Origin: an uncultured Gammaproteobacteria bacterium
Lineage (GTDB): Bacteria > Pseudomonadota > Gammaproteobacteria > Steroidobacterales > Rariloculaceae
DNA length: 64,000 nucleotides
Assembly: GCA_964503125.1 (NCBI GenBank)
Contig: CAZCZE010000039.1
Span: 67,203-131,202 of the forward strand
Direction of reading: 5' to 3'
Part shown: piece by piece, positions 58,029 to 64,000 of the stretch
Layout of the letters: each line of letters opens with the position of its first letter
How positions within the stretch are numbered: the first letter of the stretch is position 1
Made by a program: the position numbers and the translations under genes
Notes under the pieces: generated by a model
What the model saw: only the letters and a program-made list of their open reading frames with translations
Told to the model about the DNA's origin: nothing
Databases searched by the model: none

Positions 58029-58036
58029 GGTGGGGC

Positions 58037-58618
58037 TCAGAGCCTGGCGAAGCCCGAGAAGGCCATGAACGCGAGCGCGAGGATGCCGGCCGTCACGAAG
58101 GCGATCGACGCGCCGCGGAACGCAACCGGCACGTCGGCGTAAACGAGCCGCTCGCGTAGGCCCGCAAACAGCGCGAGCGCGAGCGCAAAACCGAGCGCCG
58201 CGCCGACCCCGTAGAACAGCGCCGCGACGAAGCTGCGGCTCGCGGTCGCGTTGATGAGCGCGAGGCCGAGCACGGCACAGTTGGTCGCGACGAGCGGGAT
58301 GTAGAGGCCGAGCACGCGCTGGAGCACCGGCGCGAAACGGCGGATCGCGAGGTCCGTGAGGCCGACGACGACGCCTGTCGCGATCAGGAACGCGAACAGC
58401 CGCAGATATTCGAGCTCGTAGGGCCGCAACAGGTAACGGTCGACGAGCTGCGTCGCGCCGGCCGTGATCGTGAGCACGAGCCCCGTCGCGAGCCCCATAC
58501 CGATCGCGCCTTCGACGCGCTGCGAGCCGCTGACGAACGGGCAGACGCCGAGGAACTGCACGAGCACGAAGTTGTTGACGAGAGCGGCACCGAGCGCTAT
58601 GGCCAAGAGCTCGCTCAT
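58037..58618 (-). CDS. rnfA: Rnf/Rsx electron-transport complex subunit A
   Basis: MSELLAIALGAALVNNFVLVQFLGVCPF.. and PLVATNCAVLGLAL..FRGASIAFVTAGILALAF align with RsxA/RnfA along the full 193 aa. Confidence 0.9.
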   Translation of the reverse strand: MSELLAIALGAALVNNFVLVQFLGVCPFVSGSQRVEGAIGMGLATGLVLTITAGATQLVDRYLLRPYELEYLRLFAFLIATGVVVGLTDLAIRRFAPVLQRVLGLYIPLVATNCAVLGLALINATASRSFVAALFYGVGAALGFALALALFAGLRERLVYADVPVAFRGASIAFVTAGILALAFMAFSGFARL

Positions 58619-60652
58619 CTAGCTGACCTTCATGCCCGGTTTGGCCCCGGAGTCGGGGCTCAGGAGAAAGATGCCGGGCTCGTCGCCGCTCGCCGCGAGC
58701 ACCATGCCCTGCGAGACACCGAAGCGCATCTTGCGCGGCGCGAGATTGGCCACGAGCACGACGAGTCGGTCGGCGAGCGCCGCGGGTTCGTAGGAGCTGC
58801 GAATCCCCGAGAACACGGTGCGCTGCTCATTGCCGACGTCGAGCGTGAGCTTGAGCAACTTGTCGGCGCCCTCGACGTACGCGGCTTCGACGATGCGCGC
58901 CACGCGCAGCTCGGTCCTCTGGAATTGCGCGAGGTCGATCTCGCCGTTCGCTGCGGCAGCGGGTGCTGTTATCGTCACTGTAGTCACGGTTGGGGTCTCC
59001 GCGGTCGGGTTGACGATGGCTTCGATGGTGGCCGGCTCGACGCGCGTGAGCAGCGCCTCGAACTTCGCGATCGGGGTGCCGAGCAGCGGCACCGCGGCGG
59101 ACTGCCAGTCGAGCTCGGCGCCGCCGAACAGCTTCTCGGCGCGCGCGGCGAGCGCCGGCACGATGGGCTTCAAATAGACGACGAGCGCGCGGAACAGGTT
59201 GAGCCCCACGGTGCAGACGGCCGCGATCTCGGCCGCGGCGGCCGGGTTCTTGGCCAGAATCCAAGGCTTGCGCTCGTCGATGTACTGGTTGGCGCGGTCC
59301 GCGAGCGCCATGATCTTGCGCACGGCGCGCGCGAACTCGCGCTGCTCGAAGTCCGCCGCGAGATCGTCCGCGGCCGCCGCGAAGCCGGCGTAGAGCGCGG
59401 GCTCGGCGAGCTCGTTCGCCAGCCGGCCGCCGCCCTGTTTGTGAATGAAGCCGGCGCAGCGGCTCGCGATGTTGACGAGCTTGCCGACGAGATCGGCGTT
59501 GACCTTCACGACGAAGTCGGCGAGGTTCAAGTCGAGATCGTCGATCGTCGAGCCGAGCTTCGCTGCGTAGTAGTAGCGCAGATAGTCGGGGTCGACTTTG
59601 GCCGCGAAAGTGCCGGCCGTGATGAAGTTGCCGCGGCGCTTCGAGATCTTCTGCCCATCCACGGTCACGTGGCCGTGCACGAACAACCCGCTCGGCGTGC
59701 GATAGCTCGCGCCCGAGAGCATCGCGGGCCAGAACAGCGCGTGGAAGTACGGGATGTCCTTGCCGATGAAGTGATAGAGCTCGTGACGGCTGTCGGCGCC
59801 CCAGAACTCGTCAAAATCTACACCTAAGCGACGGCACAGATTCAGGAAGCTCGCCATGTAGCCGATCGGTGCGTCGAACCACACGTAGAAGAACTTGTCG
59901 CGCTCGCCGGGAATGCGAAAGCCGAAGTAGGGTGCGTCGCGCGAGATGTCCCAGTCCTTGAGTCCCGTCTTGAACCACTCGTCGAGCTTGCGCGCGAGCA
60001 CGGTGTCGACGTGGGCCTCCACCCAGTTTCGTAGCTCGGCCTCGAAGGCGCTGAGCTTCAAGAACAGGTGCTCGGACTCGCGTACGGTCGGGGCGGTGCC
60101 CGACACCGTGGACACGGCATCCTTGAGGTCGAGCGGCGAATACGTTGCGCCGCAGTTTTCGCACGAGTCGCCGTACTGATCGGGCTTGCTGCAGACGGGG
60201 CAGGTGCCGCGCACGTAGCGGTCCGGCAAGAACATCTGCCGGGCTTCGTCATAGGCTTGCTTGATCTTCTTGCGGTCGATGAAACCGCCGGCCTTGAGGC
60301 GCCGATAGATCTCGGTCGTGAGCTCCTCGTTCTCGGGCGAGTGCGTGGTCAGGTAGTTGTCGACGCTGATGCGATACGTCGCGAAGTCGCGCGCGTGCTC
60401 GGCGCTGACGCGCTCGATGAGCGTTTCAGGCGCGATGCCTTCGCGTTCGGCTTGAAGCATTGTCGGCGTGCCGTGGGCGTCGCTCGCGCACACGTAAAAG
60501 CAGCGAGCGCCGCGCAGCCGCTGGAAGCGCACCCAGATGTCGGTCTGGATGTACCCCAGCATGTGGCCCAGGTGCAGCGAGTTATTCGCGTACGGCAGGG
60601 CGCTCGTGACGAGGATGGTGCGCGTGACGCTCAAAACTGGCGGGCTCCGCAA
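58619..60652 (-). CDS. metG: Methionine--tRNA ligase
   Basis: [18 protein letters not shown] (HIGH), KISKRRGN (KMSKS variant), [18 protein letters not shown] zinc knuckle, C-terminal tRNA-binding (Trbp111-like) domain. The track start is TTG 60652; TTG 60634 is also possible. Confidence 0.9.
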   Translation of the reverse strand: MRSPPVLSVTRTILVTSALPYANNSLHLGHMLGYIQTDIWVRFQRLRGARCFYVCASDAHGTPTMLQAEREGIAPETLIERVSAEHARDFATYRISVDNYLTTHSPENEELTTEIYRRLKAGGFIDRKKIKQAYDEARQMFLPDRYVRGTCPVCSKPDQYGDSCENCGATYSPLDLKDAVSTVSGTAPTVRESEHLFLKLSAFEAELRNWVEAHVDTVLARKLDEWFKTGLKDWDISRDAPYFGFRIPGERDKFFYVWFDAPIGYMASFLNLCRRLGVDFDEFWGADSRHELYHFIGKDIPYFHALFWPAMLSGASYRTPSGLFVHGHVTVDGQKISKRRGNFITAGTFAAKVDPDYLRYYYAAKLGSTIDDLDLNLADFVVKVNADLVGKLVNIASRCAGFIHKQGGGRLANELAEPALYAGFAAAADDLAADFEQREFARAVRKIMALADRANQYIDERKPWILAKNPAAAAEIAAVCTVGLNLFRALVVYLKPIVPALAARAEKLFGGAELDWQSAAVPLLGTPIAKFEALLTRVEPATIEAIVNPTAETPTVTTVTITAPAAAANGEIDLAQFQRTELRVARIVEAAYVEGADKLLKLTLDVGNEQRTVFSGIRSSYEPAALADRLVVLVANLAPRKMRFGVSQGMVLAASGDEPGIFLLSPDSGAKPGMKVS

Positions 60653-60694
60653 GGTGAGGGGGCAGCGTCCGTTGCTGCCCGCGGGCCATTATGC

Positions 60695-60838
60695 CGCGGG
60701 CAGGGATGCCCGCGGTAGAGCAACGCAAGGAGCAGTTGCCGACGCGGGCAGGGATGCCCGCGATAGAGCAACGCAAGGAGCAGTTGCCGACGCGGGCAGG
60801 GATGCCCGCGGTAGAGCAACGCAAGGAGCAGTTGCCGC
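60695..60838 (+). repeat. Three tandem 48-nt double-hairpin repeat units (REP-like family)
   Basis: Units are 60695-60742, 60743-60790 and 60791-60838. Each is CGCGGGC-AGGGAT-GCCCGCG, (G/A)TAGA, GCAAC-GCAAGGAGCA-GTTGC, CGA. A further GGCAGC-N7-GCTGCC hairpin lies at 60661-60679. Confidence 0.85.
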
Positions 60839-60870
60839 GAGCAATTGCCGGCATCGGCGCGGCGGCGAGG

Positions 60871-61929
60871 TCAGGCGTCTTTGACGTGCTCGAACTTCGC
60901 TTTGTCGTAGGCGTTGAGGTACGCCTCTTCGCCGCTGATCGTACCGTCGTCGTAGAGCTTCTTGAGCGAGCTGTCCATCGTGCACATGCCTTCGCGGCCG
61001 CTCGACTGCATGACGTTCTCGAGTTGCTCGAGCTTGCCTTGGCGAATGAGGTTGGCCGCGGCGGACGTATTGATGAGGATCTCGAGCGCGACGCACCGGC
61101 CCGTGCCGTCTTTCTTCTTGATGAGCTGCTGCGACACGATGCCGCGCAGCGATGTGGAGAGCATGTTGCGGACGTGATCCTGCTTGTCGGATGGGAAGAT
61201 GTTGACGACGCGGTCGATGGTCGGGGCTGCGCCGTTCGTGTGCAGCGTGCCCATGACGAGCACGCCCATCTCGGCCGCGGTCATTGCAATGCTCATGGTC
61301 TCGAGGTCGCGGAGCTCGCCGACGAGGATGGCGTCGGGATCCTCGCGCAACGCCGAGTGCAGGGCGTTCGCGAACGACGGGCTGTGCACGCCGACCTCGC
61401 GCTGGCTCATGAGGCAGAGCTTGCGCTCGTGGACGAACTCGATGGGGTCCTCGATGGTGAGTATGTGACCCTTCTCGCGGCTGTTGATGGCATCCACCAC
61501 GGCCGCGAGCGTCGTCGACTTGCCCGAGCCCGTCTTGCCAGTGACGAGGATGAGGCCGCGTTGCGCCGTGGAAAGCTCGTGCAGCGCTTTCGGCATCTTG
61601 AGCTCGTCGAGCGACAAGCATTTCGAGGGGATGCCTCGAAACACTGCGCCGATGCCGTTGAGATGGCGGAAGACGTTGACGCGAAAGCGGGCGACTTCGG
61701 GGATCGAGTGCGCAAAGTCGGCCGAGTCGTGCTTGTTGAACTGGTCGGTCGCCTGCTCCGACATGATCCCGAAGAGCTCCGCCTTGAGCTCCTCGGGGTC
61801 GAGGCGTTGATTGTCGAGCGTGATGAGGTCGCCGTGCACGCGCATGCGCGGCGGGTCGCCCGCGATCACGTGGAGGTCGGAGCCTTTGCGCATGTACATG
61901 CTTTGCAGGAACTCATTGATCAACGACAT
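60871..61929 (-). CDS. PilT/PilU-family type IV pilus retraction ATPase (second of pair)
   Basis: ORF 60871..62079 trimmed to in-frame ATG 61929 (MSLINEFLQSMYMRKGSDLHV..). Walker A GKTGSGKSTT, Walker B DPDAILVGELRD, His box GTLHT, AAANLIRQGK (AIRNLIRE-like). Confidence 0.85.
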   Translation of the reverse strand: MSLINEFLQSMYMRKGSDLHVIAGDPPRMRVHGDLITLDNQRLDPEELKAELFGIMSEQATDQFNKHDSADFAHSIPEVARFRVNVFRHLNGIGAVFRGIPSKCLSLDELKMPKALHELSTAQRGLILVTGKTGSGKSTTLAAVVDAINSREKGHILTIEDPIEFVHERKLCLMSQREVGVHSPSFANALHSALREDPDAILVGELRDLETMSIAMTAAEMGVLVMGTLHTNGAAPTIDRVVNIFPSDKQDHVRNMLSTSLRGIVSQQLIKKKDGTGRCVALEILINTSAAANLIRQGKLEQLENVMQSSGREGMCTMDSSLKKLYDDGTISGEEAYLNAYDKAKFEHVKDA

Positions 61930-61942
61930 CGTGCGCTCCCGC

Positions 61943-63094
61943 TCAGGCCGTGCCCGTGCTGGTGCTCTTGCCGGCGGCCGCGCCGGCGGGCGCGGCGGTG
62001 CTGCCGGTCGTGCTCGTGCCGCTCGGCAGCACGGTGGTATCGGTGACGAAGCGCTCGAACTTCTTGCGATCCGTTGCATAGCGATACGCGTCGTCGGGAT
62101 CGATGAGCTTGGCGGTGAGCGCGTTCAAGAGAGCCTGGTCCATGAGCTGCATCCCCTGCTCTTTGCCCGTTTGTAGCTGGGCCGGAATTTGGTGCGTCTG
62201 CTCGGTTTGGATGAGCTTCGCGATTGCGCGGTTCATGACCATGATCTCGAGAACGGCGCGCCGGCTGCGGCCGTCCGGCGTCTTGATGAGGTTCTGCGTC
62301 ACGACGGCGTGCAGGCTGTTGGCGAGGAAGCTCTTCGTCTGCTCGCGCTGCTCGCCGGGCAGCGCGTCGATGATGCGGTCGATGGACTTCACGGCGCTCG
62401 TGGTGTGCAACGTGCCGAGCACGAGGTGGCCCGTCTCGGCGGCCGTCATGGCCATGCTGATCGTTTCGCCGTCGCGCAGCTCGCCGACGAGGATGACGTC
62501 GGGATCCTCACGCAAGCTGGCGCGCACGCCCTCGGCGAAGCTCGGAATGTGGGTGCCGAGCTCGCGTTGGATGACCTGGCTGCGCTTGCTGCTGTGCACG
62601 AACTCGATCGGATCCTCGAGGCTGATGATGTTGGAGTTGCTCGTGGTGTTGATGTGGTCGATCATCGCCGCGAGCGTCGTCGACTTGCCCGTGCCCGTCG
62701 AGCCCGTGACGAGCACCATGCCTTGTTGTAGGTCGCAGAACTTCTGCAGGATCGGCGGCACCCCGAGGCTATCGAGGGTCGGCACCACGCTCGGGATGTT
62801 GCGGAACGTAGCGCCGACGCCCGTCGCCTTGTGAAAGACGTTGACGCGGAAACGGCCGCCGTCGCCGCTGACGTAGGAAAAATCGATGTCGTGCTTTTGC
62901 CGGAAGCGCTGCCGCTGCGAGTCCGTCAGGATCTCTTCGACGTAGCCCTCGAGCTCGGTGTCGCCGAGATCGCGGAACTTGATCGGCATGAGGTCGCCGT
63001 GCAGGCGCAACATCGGCGGCACGCCGACGGCCAGATGAATGTCCGAGCAACCTTGCGCGAGGCCGAGCTTCAAGAATGCGTCGATACGCGCCAT
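61943..63094 (-). CDS. PilT/PilU-family ATPase (first of pair) with Ser/Thr-rich C-terminal tail
   Basis: 383 aa. Walker A GSTGTGKSTT, DPDVILVGELRD, GTLHTTSAVKSIDRIID, divergent AIAKLIQTEQ. Of the last 33 residues, 15 are Ser or Thr. Confidence 0.85.
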   Translation of the reverse strand: MARIDAFLKLGLAQGCSDIHLAVGVPPMLRLHGDLMPIKFRDLGDTELEGYVEEILTDSQRQRFRQKHDIDFSYVSGDGGRFRVNVFHKATGVGATFRNIPSVVPTLDSLGVPPILQKFCDLQQGMVLVTGSTGTGKSTTLAAMIDHINTTSNSNIISLEDPIEFVHSSKRSQVIQRELGTHIPSFAEGVRASLREDPDVILVGELRDGETISMAMTAAETGHLVLGTLHTTSAVKSIDRIIDALPGEQREQTKSFLANSLHAVVTQNLIKTPDGRSRRAVLEIMVMNRAIAKLIQTEQTHQIPAQLQTGKEQGMQLMDQALLNALTAKLIDPDDAYRYATDRKKFERFVTDTTVLPSGTSTTGSTAAPAGAAAGKSTSTGTA

Positions 63095-63101
63095 GAGCGA
63101 C

Positions 63102-64000
63102 CTACCGGACCGCCGCCGCCGCCGCTTCGAGCGCGACGCGCAATTCTTCCATCGAGGCGTGACGCTTCAATTTGTCCACCTGCATCGTTCGTGTGACGAC
63201 GTCCGCGAGCTCGCGCGGGACCTTCGGATTCGCCTCGTTGAGCGGCTGCGCCTTGCCTTGCACGTGCTGATACATGACCGACATGTGATCGCCGCGGCTG
63301 TAGGGCGGGTTGCCGGCTAGCATCTCGTACATGATGACGCCGAGGCTATAGATGTCGGCGCGCTCGTCGACTTTCTTGCCGAGAATTTGCTCGGGCGCCA
63401 TGTACTTCGGCGAGCCTATGACGTAGCCCGTCTTCGTGAGCTGGGTGTCGCCGCTCTTCGCGGCCGCGGCGACGCCGAAGTCCACGATTTTGAGGAGCCC
63501 TGTGTCGTTGATGAGGATGTTCGCAGGCTTCAGGTCGCGGTGAATGATGCCTTGCTGGTGCGCGACGCTCATGCCCACGCAGATGTCCATGCCGTAGCCC
63601 AACGCCTTTTTCGGCGGCATGGGCTTCTCGTTGGCGATCTCGGTGCCGAGCGTGTGCGACGGAAAATACTCCATCGAGATTGCGTAGCTGCCGCCGACGT
63701 ACAAGAAGTCGTAGATGCGGATGACGTTCTTGTGCGTGATGCGGCGCGAATAACGCAGCTCGTGCACGAAGCGCTTCAGCATCTCCTCGTCGGAAGAGAC
63801 GTTGGCATTCAAGAACTTCAATATCAGGCGCTCCTCGACGACGGTGTCCTCGACGAGCACGACGGTGCCGAACGCACCTTTGCCGATCTTCTGGATGTAC
63901 TTGTAGCGCCCCTCGATCATGTCGCCGTTTTGCAGCGCGTTCAGGTCGAAAGACGGGGCTTCGGGCGGCGGCGGCGCGGGCGCGGCGTCCCCGGGTCCTT
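63102..64000 (-). CDS. Hanks-type Ser/Thr protein kinase; N-terminal limit uncertain (frame stays open to the window edge)
   Basis: GKGAFGTVVLV (G-loop), ILKFL (Lys), HRDLKPANIL (catalytic loop), DFG, SPKYMAPE. Track ORF is 63102..63920, but there is no in-frame stop between 63921 and 64000 (..GPGDAAPAPPPPEAPSFDLNALQNGDMIEGRY..). Confidence 0.85.
   Translation of the reverse strand, partial: GPGDAAPAPPPPEAPSFDLNALQNGDMIEGRYKYIQKIGKGAFGTVVLVEDTVVEERLILKFLNANVSSDEEMLKRFVHELRYSRRITHKNVIRIYDFLYVGGSYAISMEYFPSHTLGTEIANEKPMPPKKALGYGMDICVGMSVAHQQGIIHRDLKPANILINDTGLLKIVDFGVAAAAKSGDTQLTKTGYVIGSPKYMAPEQILGKKVDERADIYSLGVIMYEMLAGNPPYSRGDHMSVMYQHVQGKAQPLNEANPKVPRELADVVTRTMQVDKLKRHASMEELRVALEAAAAAVR

Noticed and set aside
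60695-60838. Possible CRISPR array (regular 48-nt periodicity). The same question arises for the 49-nt pair at 7549-7646.
   Set aside because: The units abut directly with no unique spacers between them, and there are no cas genes in the window. These are tandem REP-like repeats.

Overview
High-GC proteobacterial chromosome segment. I counted about 78% GC in a housekeeping line. The synteny looks gammaproteobacterial (inference): ispB<>rplU-rpmA-obgE, rpsT<>murJ-ribF-ileS-lspA, aceE-aceF-lpdA, metG-rnfACDGE-nth. I support about 65 CDS, one tRNA-Thr(CGU), a few terminators and one promoter. I saw no rRNA, CRISPR, transposase or phage genes. Many long ORFs in the track are antisense artefacts of the GC bias, and several true genes needed trimming to internal starts. 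Accessory content: (1) A 4.3-kb lower-GC island between lpdA and nth is built like an integron gene-cassette array. Small minus-strand ORFs are each followed by a 105-126-bp attC-like palindrome with RYYYAAC...GTTRRRY ends and a conserved unpaired base. No integrase or attI is present, and both ends are decaying. This is my top candidate. (2) A complete type IV pilus minor-pilin operon (fimT, fimU-pilV-pilW-pilX-orf117-pilY1-pilE). It carries an unassigned secreted 117-aa ORF, and PilY1 ends in five thrombospondin-type-3-like Ca-binding repeats. (3) An operon of a Hanks Ser/Thr kinase followed by two PilT-family ATPases; the first ATPase has a Ser/Thr-rich tail. (4) A family of intergenic double-hairpin repeats with conserved loops and co-varying stems at three loci, one nested in a 235-bp palindrome. 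(5) Smaller oddities: an rnf operon without rnfB, a type-2 IleRS in the ribF-ileS-lspA slot, a eukaryote-like sulfotransferase, a Cys-less Fur/Irr-like regulator, and a secreted (PEPEPTL)x7 repeat protein. All functional calls come from motif recognition by eye; no database search was possible.
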